DNA of 64,000 bases from positions 1,376,001 through 1,440,000 of the forward strand of contig OZ253665.1 of NCBI GenBank assembly GCA_965263295.1, in the 5' to 3' direction. This DNA is from Spirochaetia bacterium (GTDB lineage: Bacteria; Spirochaetota; Spirochaetia; SP-2023). The notes under the pieces are model-generated. The model worked only from the letters and a program-made list of their open reading frames with translations, was not told the origin of the DNA and searched no databases. The first letter of the stretch is position 1. Each line of letters opens with the position of its first letter. Below, piece after piece: positions 1 to 10,876 of this stretch. The position numbers and the translations under genes were made by a program.

Positions 1-282
1 AAGAAAGAAACCAACAATAACGTCCTGCTCGATGCCCATATCGAGCGGATTATGGCCGCGTTCGACAGCAAAGAGAACATCGACCACGTGGCCCGGTCGG
101 TGCCGTATGAAGAGATCGCCGCGGGCGGCTACACCCTGTCGGTCAGCGCTTACGTCAAACCCGAAGAAACCCGCAAGGTAATCGATATCACCAAACTCAA
201 CGACAAGATAAAAACCACGGTCGCTAAAATCGACCGCCTGCGCGCGGAGATCGATCTCCTCATCGCGGAGATCGAGGCATGA
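1..282 (+). CDS. hsdM: Type I restriction-modification methyltransferase subunit, C-terminal part (5' end outside the window)
   Basis: Frame 1 is open from base 1 ([21 protein letters not shown]...YTLSVSAYV...[17 protein letters not shown]), a typical HsdM C-terminus. ATGA overlap with hsdS. Confidence 0.9.
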   Translation, partial: KKETNNNVLLDAHIERIMAAFDSKENIDHVARSVPYEEIAAGGYTLSVSAYVKPEETRKVIDITKLNDKIKTTVAKIDRLRAEIDLLIAEIEA

Positions 283-1469
283 GCTATAAAGAGTATCTGG
301 AAAAGTTGCTGGATGGCGCGATAGTAGAGTGGAAGGCGTTGGGGGACGAAAACTTTTTTGAAGTGGCTAACGGAGCAAGAAAGCCAGTAAAAGCCTCTTT
401 GCGCGTATCTGGAGAAACACCATACTATGGCGCCAACAACATCCAGGACTATGTTGTTGGCCATACTCACGATGGTGAATATGTACTAATCGCGGAGGAC
501 GGCTCAGCGAGCTTAGAAAATTATTCTATTCAATATGCGACAGGAAAATTTTGGGCAAATAATCATGTTCATGTTGTTTGTGGGAAGTTTGGCCTAAACA
601 CGCGATTTTTGTACCACTATTTATGTATTGTAAATTTCATCCCATTTTTGACGGGCGGTGGGCGAGCAAAGCTAACAAAGGGGAAAATGATTGAAATCAA
701 AATCCCCATCCCATGCCCCGAAGACCCAGAAAAATCGCTGGCAATCCAGGCGGAGATCGTCCGCATTCTCGACGCGTTTACCGAGCTGACCGCCGAGCTG
801 ACCGCCGAGCTGACCGCCGAGCTGACCGCCCGCAAAAAACAATACCACACCTATCGCGACCAGTTGCTTACGTTTGAAGAAGGTGAAGTGGCGTGGAAGG
901 CATTAGAAGGTGTATTTGAGATTTTTACTGGTGGCGATGTACCTAAAGAAGCGTTTTCGGAGATAAAAACTGAAGAATTTAACGTACCTATTTTGTCTAA
1001 TGGGATAGATGAAAAGTCCTTATATGGATGGACAAATAATGTCAAAATAGATAAGCCAAGCTTAACAGTATCAGCTAGAGGTACGATTGGTTGGACTAGT
1101 TATAGAGAACAGCCATTTTTTCCAATAGTTCGCCTTCTGGTGCTAACGCCGAAGATAGAAATAAACTTGAAGTACGCTTATTACTTCATGAAAACAATCG
1201 AGAAAAGCTACAAAATTCCAGAAGCAGGCATCGCCCAGCTTACGAAGCCTATGATTAAAGATATTAAAATCCCAATCCCATACCCAAACAACCCAGAAAA
1301 ATCGCTGGCCGAACAGGCCCGCATTGTGACCATCCTTGATAAATTCGACACCCTGACGAATTCCATCAGCGAGGGCTTGCCCCGCGAGATTGAGTTGCGC
1401 CAAAAGCAATATGCCTATTACCGCGATATGCTGTTGAACTTCCCCAGGCCGGAGGAGGCGACAGCGTAA
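279..1469 (+). CDS. hsdS: Type I RM specificity subunit, type IC (EcoR124-like)
   Basis: Two variable TRDs, each followed by IPIP..PEKSL..Q..IV.ILD; central TAEL repeats followed by RKKQY; C-terminal [19 protein letters not shown]. Confidence 0.96.
   Translation: MSYKEYLEKLLDGAIVEWKALGDENFFEVANGARKPVKASLRVSGETPYYGANNIQDYVVGHTHDGEYVLIAEDGSASLENYSIQYATGKFWANNHVHVVCGKFGLNTRFLYHYLCIVNFIPFLTGGGRAKLTKGKMIEIKIPIPCPEDPEKSLAIQAEIVRILDAFTELTAELTAELTAELTARKKQYHTYRDQLLTFEEGEVAWKALEGVFEIFTGGDVPKEAFSEIKTEEFNVPILSNGIDEKSLYGWTNNVKIDKPSLTVSARGTIGWTSYREQPFFPIVRLLVLTPKIEINLKYAYYFMKTIEKSYKIPEAGIAQLTKPMIKDIKIPIPYPNNPEKSLAEQARIVTILDKFDTLTNSISEGLPREIELRQKQYAYYRDMLLNFPRPEEATA
781..830 (+). repeat. Four perfect tandem copies of the 12-bp unit CCGAGCTGACCG, encoding (ELTA)4 in hsdS
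   Basis: Copies read directly at 781, 793, 805 and 817. Confidence 0.97.
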
Positions 1470-1510
1470 GATGCGCCAGACAATGACGCAAATAGTCCAG
1501 GAGAAACAGC

Positions 1511-4500
1511 ATGGCTGAACAGAGCAAACCCATCGCCGAATTGAATCGCTTTATCGTTCTCGATCAATACACCAAGGAATGGCAGGGGGCCGAAAGCTAC
1601 CAAAGCGAAAGCGATCTGGAGCGCGAGTTTATCGAGGATTTGGTCAATCAGGGCTATGAATTCCTGCCAGAACTGAATAACCCGGAGGCCTTGCTGGCCA
1701 ATGTGCGCGTGCAGGTACAAAGCCTCAATACCGTGCAATTCTCCGACGACGAATGGCGGCGATTTGTCGAAACCTATCTCGACAGACCCAGTGACGGCAT
1801 CGTCGATAAAACCCGCAAGATTCACGATGACTTTATTCATGACTTTGTGTTCGACGATGGCCGCATTCAAAATATCTACCTGCTCGATAAAAAGAACATT
1901 GCCCGCAACAAAGTGCAGGTAATCAGGCAGTTCGAGCAAGCCGGAACGCACGCGAACCGCTACGATGTGACCATTCTGGTGAACGGGCTGCCACTGGTGC
2001 AGGTCGAGCTGAAAAAGCGCGGCGTCGCCATTCGGGAAGCGTTCAACCAGATCCACCGTTACAGCAAGGAGAGCTTCAACTCGGACAGTTCACTCTTCAA
2101 GTACCTCCAGATCTTCGTGATCTCGAACGGCACGGATACGCGCTACTTCGCCAACACGACCAAGCGCGACAAGAACAGCTTCGACTTCACGATGAACTGG
2201 GCGCAGGCCGATAACAGCCTCATCCGGGACCTGAAGGATTTCACGGCGACCTTCTTCGAGAAGCGTACTTTGTTGAAGGTGTTGCTGGACTATTCCGTCT
2301 TCGACGTCAGCGACACGCTGCTGGTGATGCGCCCCTATCAGATTGCGGCGACGGAACGAATCTTACGAAAGATCAGAAGCTCGTTCGAAGGCAAGACGCT
2401 TGGTAAGCCGGAAAGCGGCGGGTATATCTGGCACACCACCGGTTCCGGTAAAACCCTGACCAGTTTCAAGGCGGCGCGCTTGGCCACCGAACTCGATTTC
2501 ATCGACAAGGTTTTTTTCGTGGTCGACCGCAAGGACCTCGATTTCCAAACGATGAAGGAGTATCAGCGCTTCTCGCCAGACAGCGTCAATGGATCGGACA
2601 GTACAGCCGGGTTGAAGCGGAACCTCTCCAAGGACGACAACAAGATCATCGTCACGACCATCCAGAAGCTCAATAACCTGATGAAAAGCGAAGGCGATCT
2701 GCCTGTCTACAACCAGCAAGTGGTGTTCATTTTTGATGAATGCCACCGAAGCCAGTTCGGTGAAGCTCAGAAGAACCTCAAAAAGAAGTTCAAACGCTAT
2801 TATCAGTTTGGCTTCACCGGTACGCCGATTTTTCCGCAGAATGCACTGGGTGCGGATACGACTGCCAGCGTGTTTGGGCGCGAACTTCATTCCTATGTGA
2901 TCACCGACGCCATTCGTGATGAGAAGGTCCTGAAGTTTAAAGTGGATTACAACGATGTGCGCCCGCAGTTCAAAGCGATCGAAACCGAACAGGACGAAAA
3001 GAAGCTGACCGCCGCCGAAAACCGGCAAGCTCTTCAACACCCCGAACGAATCGCCGAGATTTCCCAGTACATTCTCGATAACTTCCGCCGCAAGACGCAT
3101 CGTCTCTATGGAGACAATAAGGGCTTCAACGCCTTGTTTGCCGTGAGCAGTGTGGATGCCGCAAAGATTTACTATGAAACACTTAACGCATTGAAGGCTG
3201 AGAGTGAAAAGCCGCTGAAGATTGCCACTATTTTTTCATTTGCCGCCAATGAAGAGCAAGATGCAGTGGGTGAGATTGTCGATGAAAGTTTTGATGTTTC
3301 TGCCATGAATAGCAGCGCCAAAGAATTTTTAAGCGCCGCCATTAAGGATTACAACACGTTCTTTAAAACCAACTTCAGCGTAGATAGCGGCGGCTTTCAG
3401 AACTACTACCGCGATTTGGCCAAGCGGGTCAAGTCCAAGGAAATAGATTTGCTGATTGTGGTCGGCATGTTCCTTACCGGCTTTGACGCCCCCACGCTTA
3501 ACACCTTGTTTGTGGATAAAAACCTGCGTTACCATGGTTTGATGCAGGCCTATTCCCGCACCAACCGCATTTATGACGCCACCAAAACCTTCGGGAACAT
3601 TGTTACATTCCGCGACTTGGAGAAGGCAACCGTTGATGCCATTACTCTCTTTGGCGACAAGAACACTAAAAATGTAGTGCTTGAAAAAAGCTACAAGGAG
3701 TACATGGATGGCTTCAGTGATGCAACGACTGGTGAGGCGCGGCGTGGCTTTATCGATGTGGTAAAAGAGTTGGAGCAGCGCTTCCCGAATCCAGAGTCTA
3801 TCGAGAAAGAGTCTGACAAGAAAGCCTTTGCCAAACTATTCGGTGAATATCTGCGTATTGAAAACGTGTTGCAAAACTATGATGAATTTGCGAGCCTAAA
3901 AGCCCTGCAAAACATAGATGCCAACGATACGGAAGCAGTCGAGGCGTTTAAATTAGAGCACCACCTAAGCGACGAAGACTATGCTGCCTTAGACTCCATA
4001 AAAATGCCAGCTGAGCGTAAGGTACAGGATTATCGCTCCACCTATAACGACATCCGTGATTGGTTGCGACGTGAAAAGAACGCCAATGAAAAAGAAGAGT
4101 CTAACATTGATTGGGATGATGTGGTGTTTGAGGTGGACCTGCTCAAATCCCAAGAAATTAATCTGGATTATATTCTGGAGCAGATTTTTGAGAACAATAA
4201 GAAGGTAAAAGACAAAACAGCGTTGGTTGAGAATGTTCGCCGCATGATTCGAGCCAGTATTGGCAACCGCGCTAAAGAAAGCCTTCTTGTCGATTTCATT
4301 AATCAAACAGATCTTGATAAGCTAGGCGATAAAGAAAGTGTAATCGGCGCGTTCTTTACTTTCGCCCGGGCGGAGCAACGACGTGAAGCTGAAGAGCTCA
4401 TCAATAATGAGAACCTAAACACAGAAGAAGCTAAACGCTATATCGCTACCTCCACTAAGCGCGAATATGCCAGCGATAATGGTACAGAGCTGAATGCTGT

Positions 4501-4612
4501 CTTGCCTAAGATGAGCCCGCTTAATCCTGAATACCTGACCAAGAAGCAAAGTGTGTTTCAGAAAATCTCAGCGTTTGTTGAAAAATTCAAGGGTGTCGGT
4601 GGACAGATCTAA
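1511..4612 (+). CDS. hsdR: Type I RM restriction subunit (EcoR124-like)
   Basis: Nuclease motif [19 protein letters not shown], Walker [13 protein letters not shown] box, [20 protein letters not shown]. Confidence 0.97.
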   Translation: MAEQSKPIAELNRFIVLDQYTKEWQGAESYQSESDLEREFIEDLVNQGYEFLPELNNPEALLANVRVQVQSLNTVQFSDDEWRRFVETYLDRPSDGIVDKTRKIHDDFIHDFVFDDGRIQNIYLLDKKNIARNKVQVIRQFEQAGTHANRYDVTILVNGLPLVQVELKKRGVAIREAFNQIHRYSKESFNSDSSLFKYLQIFVISNGTDTRYFANTTKRDKNSFDFTMNWAQADNSLIRDLKDFTATFFEKRTLLKVLLDYSVFDVSDTLLVMRPYQIAATERILRKIRSSFEGKTLGKPESGGYIWHTTGSGKTLTSFKAARLATELDFIDKVFFVVDRKDLDFQTMKEYQRFSPDSVNGSDSTAGLKRNLSKDDNKIIVTTIQKLNNLMKSEGDLPVYNQQVVFIFDECHRSQFGEAQKNLKKKFKRYYQFGFTGTPIFPQNALGADTTASVFGRELHSYVITDAIRDEKVLKFKVDYNDVRPQFKAIETEQDEKKLTAAENRQALQHPERIAEISQYILDNFRRKTHRLYGDNKGFNALFAVSSVDAAKIYYETLNALKAESEKPLKIATIFSFAANEEQDAVGEIVDESFDVSAMNSSAKEFLSAAIKDYNTFFKTNFSVDSGGFQNYYRDLAKRVKSKEIDLLIVVGMFLTGFDAPTLNTLFVDKNLRYHGLMQAYSRTNRIYDATKTFGNIVTFRDLEKATVDAITLFGDKNTKNVVLEKSYKEYMDGFSDATTGEARRGFIDVVKELEQRFPNPESIEKESDKKAFAKLFGEYLRIENVLQNYDEFASLKALQNIDANDTEAVEAFKLEHHLSDEDYAALDSIKMPAERKVQDYRSTYNDIRDWLRREKNANEKEESNIDWDDVVFEVDLLKSQEINLDYILEQIFENNKKVKDKTALVENVRRMIRASIGNRAKESLLVDFINQTDLDKLGDKESVIGAFFTFARAEQRREAEELINNENLNTEEAKRYIATSTKREYASDNGTELNAVLPKMSPLNPEYLTKKQSVFQKISAFVEKFKGVGGQI

Positions 4613-4999
4613 AACAACTATTGGCTTGATCTTATACAAGAGCACTTCAGCAACACGTTGCCGAACCAACCCTTTGAGCTTGCGACCACCTGCCCAGACC
4701 CGGCGCATGAATCGCTGTCGAAACCCATTTGCCGCAAGCTCGAAAAGCCGATACAATTCCATTCTAGACCAGCAATATGGCCATATCGTTCCGCGGGCAG
4801 CGCGGCGCAGAACACGACACAAACCGCCGAAAGCAGCCCCGCTGCTGTTATTCTAGGCGTCAAAGGCAATTTTTGGCACGTAGCCTCGGTCTGCTGGCCG
4901 CCAGTCCCTCAGGCAAAAACAGGCAAAAAGCGGAACGAACAGGCGGCATGTGATTTCGATACGGTTCTGGCCATTCGGCCCAGATTGGCAAGTTAAAGT

Positions 5000-6289
5000 A
5001 TGCAAACATTCATCTCCAAGCGCGCGACGCAGATGCGGAAAATCACCGCCTGGCTGGTCTACGACCTGGCCAATTCAGTTTATCCTACGCTGGTGACCAC
5101 ATTCATTTTCGGCCCTTATTTCGTCAAGGCCGTCGCGGCGGACGAGACGCTGGGCACAAGCCATTGGGGCCTGGCCATGGGAATTGCCGGCCTGCTGGTC
5201 GCCGTGGCCGCTCCATTGACCGGGGCCATTGCCGACGCGGCGGGCGGGCGGCACAAATCTTTGCTAATGACATTTACCCTTATCTGCGTCATGGCCACCG
5301 CATGTCTGTATTGGGTCAGGCCGGACCCCCATTACGTAGTTCTGGCGCTCGTATTGATTGTCATTTCGACAGTGGCATTTGAACTGGCCGGCGTGTTTTA
5401 CAACAGCATGCTGGGCGACATTGCCCCCGCGCATCTGCTGGGGCGCATTTCCGGCTGGGGATGGGCACTGGGTTATGCCGGCGGCCTGATGGCACTCTGC
5501 ACAGCCCTGTTTGGCTTCATTCGAGCCGATCCGCCGCCTTTTGGCCTGGACGCCTCCCAAAATGAACCGGTGCGCGCCTGTATGATTCTGGTGGCCCTTT
5601 GGTTCACGTTTTTCAGCATCCCTCTATTTTTGTGGGCAGACGACAGGCCCTTGCAGGTTTCCCCACAAGCCGCCATTCGGCGCGGTCTCGGCAATCTGGC
5701 CAGATCCTTTGCCACGCTCAGAAATTATCCACTCATTTTGCGATTCTTGATCGCGCGCATGATTTATGCGGACGGGGTCAACGCCACCTTTGCCTTTGCC
5801 GGCGTCTACGCCGCCGCCACCTTCGGCATGACATTCTCTCAAATTGTGTTTTTGGGTATCGCCACCAATATCAGCGCCGGCCTGGGGGCGTTCCTGTTCG
5901 GCTGGATGGATGACAAGACCGGCGCCAAGAGGACCATTATCCTCTCCCTCTGCTGCCTGATTCTCGCCGAGATCGGGGCGCTTGTGACGCAACAGAGGCT
6001 GGTTTTCTGGATTCTCGCATTGCTGATCGGTTTTTTTGTCGGCCCGGTGCAAGCTGCAAGCCGTTCTTTCATGGTGCGCATTGCACCGGACGAATTCCGC
6101 ACACAAATGCTCGGCCTTTACGCACTTTCAGGCAAAGTGACCGCCTTCGTCGCGCCGGCATTGCTCTCATGGGCGACGGCATTTTTTAACAGCCAGCGCG
6201 CCGGTATGAGCGTCCTTGTGCTGATGCTGGTCGCCGGCCTCTCGCTACTTCTCTGGCTCGTGCACCCAGCAGCGCGCAGCGAAGTGTGA
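5000..6289 (+). CDS. MFS transporter, UMF1/ATG22-like (start may be ATG 5033)
   Basis: AWLVYDLANS N-terminal motif, GAIAD, FYNSML, GRISGWGWALGYAGG, QAASRS; about 12 hydrophobic segments. Confidence 0.88.
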   Translation: MQTFISKRATQMRKITAWLVYDLANSVYPTLVTTFIFGPYFVKAVAADETLGTSHWGLAMGIAGLLVAVAAPLTGAIADAAGGRHKSLLMTFTLICVMATACLYWVRPDPHYVVLALVLIVISTVAFELAGVFYNSMLGDIAPAHLLGRISGWGWALGYAGGLMALCTALFGFIRADPPPFGLDASQNEPVRACMILVALWFTFFSIPLFLWADDRPLQVSPQAAIRRGLGNLARSFATLRNYPLILRFLIARMIYADGVNATFAFAGVYAAATFGMTFSQIVFLGIATNISAGLGAFLFGWMDDKTGAKRTIILSLCCLILAEIGALVTQQRLVFWILALLIGFFVGPVQAASRSFMVRIAPDEFRTQMLGLYALSGKVTAFVAPALLSWATAFFNSQRAGMSVLVLMLVAGLSLLLWLVHPAARSEV

Positions 6290-6393
6290 GCTTGGGGGCG
6301 ATTTCGGCGGCACGCTGTTTATACGAGTCACAGATTCCTCGACTTGTGGCGATTCAATTCGGCGGAGCTTTACTCAATGCGGCGGGGCTGGGC

Positions 6394-7341
6394 TCAATCC
6401 TGAACGGTTTGCCAGTCGGGATGATGACTTTGGATATGGCGATCGAAGGCGCGCCAAAACTGCACACGAAATAGATCCCGTTCCTGAAGGATCTCGTGCC
6501 GCGCTGCGGGAATCTGCGTCATCGAAACGGATGGATTTTTGCCAAATATTTTTCGGGTTCTCCGATTATTGACGACCCGATCATCACCGGCCAGTACCAT
6601 GCTTATCGGCGGCAAGACCGCAGACGGCTGGCCTGCGCTTAGCTCCTTGGCCTTCTTCTCCAGTTCCGCCTGCGCGCGCAAGCAGGCATTGAGCCAGCCG
6701 GCCGAGACGCCACCGGCGAACAGATCGGGATTGACCTTCAGATAGTCCCAATTGCGTTGATGGCGCCGGCTATCCGATGTCAGGGTATTCCTGGGATCAA
6801 ACGGCTGCACGCGAGAGGAGCGTTTTTGCCCCGGCAGGTATTGTTTTTCCAGACCTAGGCGACAAAATCCGCTTGACAGGCACTTGGCCACCAGCTTCAG
6901 CTGTCCGTTCACCCCTCCCAAGGCAAAAAACGGCGCGATCATCACCGCACTCTGCCAGAGACTAGGGGCATCAATGAGCATTTTCATGCCGACCAGACTG
7001 CCGGTTGAATGGCTCAGTAACAAAGAAGGGCTGAGGCCCAAATGCGCTTTGACATGAGCCACGACATTAAAAGTGTCGGCGCAATAACAGTTAATATCGT
7101 CGACATGGCACATATTGCGTTGCGCCACCTCGCGGCTGGCTCCGCCCTGACCGCGGAAATCGAATGCCACACAGCCCAGATTGCGCGCAGCCAATTCACG
7201 AGCGGTTTCATCGTAGCGCTCAATAAACTCGCCGCGGCCCTGCAGGATCATCACATAGGCCACTGCATCTGCGGGGCGGGTGAAGCCATATCGCAGGCGC
7301 ACACCGCCGGGAGCAATGAAATGATCAATGAAAAAAATCAT
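6394..7341 (-). CDS. Alpha/beta hydrolase, lysophospholipase L2-like
   Basis: GRGEFIERY, DFRGQG, nucleophile elbow SHSTG, D.VV and ARHEILQE. Confidence 0.85.
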   Translation of the reverse strand: MIFFIDHFIAPGGVRLRYGFTRPADAVAYVMILQGRGEFIERYDETARELAARNLGCVAFDFRGQGGASREVAQRNMCHVDDINCYCADTFNVVAHVKAHLGLSPSLLLSHSTGSLVGMKMLIDAPSLWQSAVMIAPFFALGGVNGQLKLVAKCLSSGFCRLGLEKQYLPGQKRSSRVQPFDPRNTLTSDSRRHQRNWDYLKVNPDLFAGGVSAGWLNACLRAQAELEKKAKELSAGQPSAVLPPISMVLAGDDRVVNNRRTRKIFGKNPSVSMTQIPAARHEILQERDLFRVQFWRAFDRHIQSHHPDWQTVQD

Positions 7342-7646
7342 CCGACCTGGCTAATCTTGAGTGAATTTCGTATTTTCAGCCTCACAGCTGGGAAAGTCTT
7401 CGTCTATTAAAAGTTTGCGGGCAGCGCAGGAGCACACCTGCCCAATCGGGTGGCAGCGCATTCTGTGGGCAGCGGCACGGGCCACGTCGCAAATCGCAGG
7501 AAACAGGTCGCGTTGCGCTTATTTTAAGCCCCAAAGCCAGCCGTTGTCAAGCAACGTCGGATTTTTATGCCTGCTCTTGAATGCTTAAAAAGAATTCAGT
7601 AAAGTCAAATTAATTTAAATTAAATAATGTAAGGTAATATTTAAAG

Positions 7647-8351
7647 ATGAAACAGAAATCAATGGCGGGCAGTTTGGCCGGAATACTTATAATGACGGCA
7701 GCCATCGCCTTCCTCGCCCTACTTCTGGTACTGTCGTTCTTGCGGGGAATTGGTTGGACAACTGCGGTCTGGCTGGTCGGCTTTGCCGTCATGATGCTGA
7801 TTCGAACTCCTTATACCCTGAGCAATCGCAACAACCATATTGTCGAGGCCCCTAAGCGCCTAGTCGAAAAACTTCTGCTAACCGGTATGTTGGTCGCCAC
7901 GAATGTATTGCCATTTATATACATCGGGACCGGGATTTTCGACTTTGCCAATTATCGCCTTCCGCCAATTGCCGCATGGCTCGGAACGATCGCGCAAGTT
8001 CCATTTCTGCTGCTGTTTTGGCGCAGTCATGCCGACCTAAAACTAAATTGGAGCGTCAGTCTTGAGATTCGCGCAGGCCATGAGCTGATCAGCAGCGGCA
8101 TATACTCCCGGATCCGTCACCCCATGTATGCGGCGATCTGGATCTGGGTTTTGGCGCAACCATTGTTGTTACAGAACTGGATCGCCGGCAGTCTCGGCGT
8201 GCCGGCTTTTGCCGCAATGTGGTTTATACGCGTGCCGCAGGAAGAGGCAATGATGCGCCGCACTTTTGGCGATGCCTACGAGCACTACGTAAGCTCTACC
8301 GGCCGCTTGTTTCCAAAACTAAAGCAGCCGAACCAGCATCCTATAAAGTAA
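7647..8351 (+). CDS. Isoprenylcysteine carboxyl methyltransferase (ICMT/Ste14) family membrane protein
   Basis: NWS.SLEIR..HELI.SGIY..IRHPMY and RV..EE.MM...FG.AY..Y motifs. Confidence 0.88.
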   Translation: MKQKSMAGSLAGILIMTAAIAFLALLLVLSFLRGIGWTTAVWLVGFAVMMLIRTPYTLSNRNNHIVEAPKRLVEKLLLTGMLVATNVLPFIYIGTGIFDFANYRLPPIAAWLGTIAQVPFLLLFWRSHADLKLNWSVSLEIRAGHELISSGIYSRIRHPMYAAIWIWVLAQPLLLQNWIAGSLGVPAFAAMWFIRVPQEEAMMRRTFGDAYEHYVSSTGRLFPKLKQPNQHPIK

Positions 8352-10467
8352 AAAGTAACTCCTCATACGAAGGATAGGGCCAGACTTTGCGGTCACACAG
8401 ATGCTCCAGGCGATCAATCTGCTCGCGCAGCATATTCATCAGTGGCAGCATCCGCCCGTAAACAAAGTCTGCCTGCTGCTGCCGATCGTCTGCCATGGCT
8501 TCCGACTCCTGCCGCACAGCGTGCAGCTGGCCCGCAAGCTCAATAATCTTCTCCAATAATTCGTTGATATCTTCAACCCGGCGCTTTTGCTGCTTGGCAC
8601 TCAAGCCCAACTTTTCCTGCTGACAAATCACATCAATACCGGTTTCCAGCTCCTTCTGACCAGCTGGCACCGCGCCAGTGTTGGCCATCTCTTCCAGGAC
8701 CAGAGCCTCAATACTCAACAGCTTGTTATACGTCTCTAGACGGATATCATAACGTGAACGCAGCTCGTTTTCGCTCAAAATACCATGCCTTTCAAACAAA
8801 GCTACCACTGAAGCACTAGCCAGAGTGGGCAGCACAGCCGGCGTGCTTTTCAAATTCGGCAAGCCACGCTCTGCCGCTTCTTCTTGCCATTCATTTGAAT
8901 AACCATTGCTATTAAAGATGATGCGCTTGTGCTGACTGTAAACCTCAGCCACCAGCTGCTGGATCGCCTTATTGATATCCGTACTTTTCTCCAGCACATC
9001 GGCAAATTCTTGCAGGACATCTGCAACAGCCGCATTCAAAACGATATTAGCATCGGCAATTGACATAGCCGAACCTAACATGCGGAATTCAAATTTACTA
9101 CCCGTAAAAGCAAACGGCGACGTACGGTTGCGATCCGTATTATCCTTGGGCAATTCCGGCACAAACGGCGAACCAACTGCGATCGTCTCAGCCTGGCCCT
9201 TGTGACTAGCATCCTTCCCACAGGCAAATTCCGCCAATGAATCTTCCATCTCCTGGCCTAAAAACACCGAAATAATAGCCGGCGGAGCCTCATTAGCCCC
9301 CAGGCGGTGATCGTTACCCGCCGAGCTCGCCGTCAGGCGCAGCAGAGCCGCATTCTGATCCACAGCCTTCAGCACAGCCGCGATAAACAACAGAAAGCGG
9401 CGGTTATCCTCAGCCGTCTTCCCCGGATCCAACAAGTTCACACCCGTATTTGAGCTCAGCGACCAGTTATTATGCTTACCCGAACCATTCACACCCGCAT
9501 AAGGCTTTTCATGCAGCAAACATACCAAGCCGTTACGCTGAGCCACGCGCTTTAAAGTTTCCATCGTGACCTGGTTCTGGTCCGTAGCCAGGTTGGACGA
9601 GCTAAAAATGGGGGCCAATTCAAACTGGTTCGGAGCCACTTCATTGTGCTGTGTACGTACTGTCACACCTAAATCCCACAGCTCTGCGTTCAACTCCGTC
9701 ATAAACTGGGAGACCTTCTCTGGAATACTGCCAAAGTAATGGTCCGCCATCTCCTGGCCCTTCGCCGGCATGGAACCAATGATGGTACGACCAGTCAAGC
9801 GCAGATCCGGACGTTTGTCAAACAGTTCCTTGCTCACCAAGAAATATTCCTGCTCCGCGCCCACTGTACTGTCGACATGTGCTATGGTCTTATCACCGAT
9901 TGCATGCATCACGCGTACAGCCTGTTTGGAAACCGCGGCCATTGAGCGCAGGAGTGGTGCCTTCTTGTCCAAGGCTTCACCAGTGTAAGAAACAAAGACG
10001 GTAGGGATGCAAAGCACCAGAAAATTTTCAGCATTTTTCTTCAAAAAAGCTGGCGAAGAAGTGTCCCAAGCCGTATAACCACGCGCCTCAAAAGTTGCAC
10101 GCAAGCCACCACTTGGAAATGAAGAAGCATCTGGCTCCCCCATAATAAGCTCTTTACCCGAAAATACCGAGATAACCGAGCCGTCATCCTGGGGGACAAT
10201 AAAAGCTTCGTGCTTCTCTGCGGTGGAACCTGTCAACGGATGAAACCAATGGCAAAAGTGAGTTGCGCCATTTTCCAGGGCCCAGTCCTTCATTGCCGTG
10301 GCAATCACATCCGCAGTCTGTAGATCCAGCTGGCTTTTCCCTTGGCGAACCGCCTGCAATATTTTATAACAAGACTTCGGCAAACGATTTTGCAATTGGC
10401 GCTCATTAAAACAACGCTTACCAAAAGAATTTTCAAAATCATAATGTTTCATCGTAGAATCCGACAT
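8341..10467 (-). CDS. glnA: Glutamine synthetase type III
   Basis: GATHFCHWFHPLTG.TAEKH, GEPDASSFPSGGLRATFEARGYTAWD, HNEVAPNQFE, GVNGSGKHNNWS, HRLGANEAPPAI, DRNRTSPFAFTG; 708 aa. Confidence 0.97.
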   Translation of the reverse strand: MSDSTMKHYDFENSFGKRCFNERQLQNRLPKSCYKILQAVRQGKSQLDLQTADVIATAMKDWALENGATHFCHWFHPLTGSTAEKHEAFIVPQDDGSVISVFSGKELIMGEPDASSFPSGGLRATFEARGYTAWDTSSPAFLKKNAENFLVLCIPTVFVSYTGEALDKKAPLLRSMAAVSKQAVRVMHAIGDKTIAHVDSTVGAEQEYFLVSKELFDKRPDLRLTGRTIIGSMPAKGQEMADHYFGSIPEKVSQFMTELNAELWDLGVTVRTQHNEVAPNQFELAPIFSSSNLATDQNQVTMETLKRVAQRNGLVCLLHEKPYAGVNGSGKHNNWSLSSNTGVNLLDPGKTAEDNRRFLLFIAAVLKAVDQNAALLRLTASSAGNDHRLGANEAPPAIISVFLGQEMEDSLAEFACGKDASHKGQAETIAVGSPFVPELPKDNTDRNRTSPFAFTGSKFEFRMLGSAMSIADANIVLNAAVADVLQEFADVLEKSTDINKAIQQLVAEVYSQHKRIIFNSNGYSNEWQEEAAERGLPNLKSTPAVLPTLASASVVALFERHGILSENELRSRYDIRLETYNKLLSIEALVLEEMANTGAVPAGQKELETGIDVICQQEKLGLSAKQQKRRVEDINELLEKIIELAGQLHAVRQESEAMADDRQQQADFVYGRMLPLMNMLREQIDRLEHLCDRKVWPYPSYEELLFTL

Positions 10468-10514
10468 AACTCACTCCTTTTATGGTTCATCTAGGTATTG
10501 CTTTATATTACAAA

Positions 10515-10530
10515 AGCAATATCTGTGCCA
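10515..10530 (-). promoter_or_regulatory. Sigma-54 (-24/-12) promoter of the GSIII gene
   Basis: Minus strand reads TGGCAC-AGATA-TTGCT with exact consensus spacing, about 48 nt upstream of the ATG; AAGGAG RBS lies between. Confidence 0.85.
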
Positions 10531-10798
10531 TATCAACCTGATTCCATATAGTACAAGCCTCTTGCAAATGTGCGACACAGACAACAAAGCAAGGCTTGTA
10601 TAAAGCCTTGCCCTACCTTAAATTCGTCTATTCTATTCCTAAACCATCATCAAATTAAAAACATTTAAGTAGTTAGTCCCACCTCATAAAAGTTCAGCCT
10701 ATTGTCATCAGCATTATCTAATTTTTTATAAAGAAAAATATAAGGCTACATAATTAAAACTACATAATTGTTTTTACTGAGTTATACATAAATACAAT

Positions 10799-10830
10799 AA
10801 AAAAAGCCCCAAGCCAAGCTTGGGGCTTTT
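10799..10830 (-). terminator. Intrinsic terminator after the flaA pair
   Basis: AAAAGCCCCAAGC-CAA-GCTTGGGGCTTTT hairpin, followed by a T7 run on the minus strand. Confidence 0.85.
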
Positions 10831-10876
10831 GAGAAGGATATCCTCGTGTCGGCTCTATAAAACCAACTACCAGATC

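Noticed and set aside
617..850. 77-aa antisense ORF with AVSS repeats
   Set aside because: Antisense reading of the hsdS TAEL repeat.
4685..4735. Minus-strand GGGTTTCGAC resembling a tmRNA 5' end
   Set aside because: No GGGG acceptor-stem start, tag ORF or 3' T-arm.
4792..7427. 11-bp GCGGGCAGCGC flanking the MFS and hydrolase genes as a target-site duplication
   Set aside because: Matches of 11 bp are expected by chance many times in 64 kb; no mobility gene is present.
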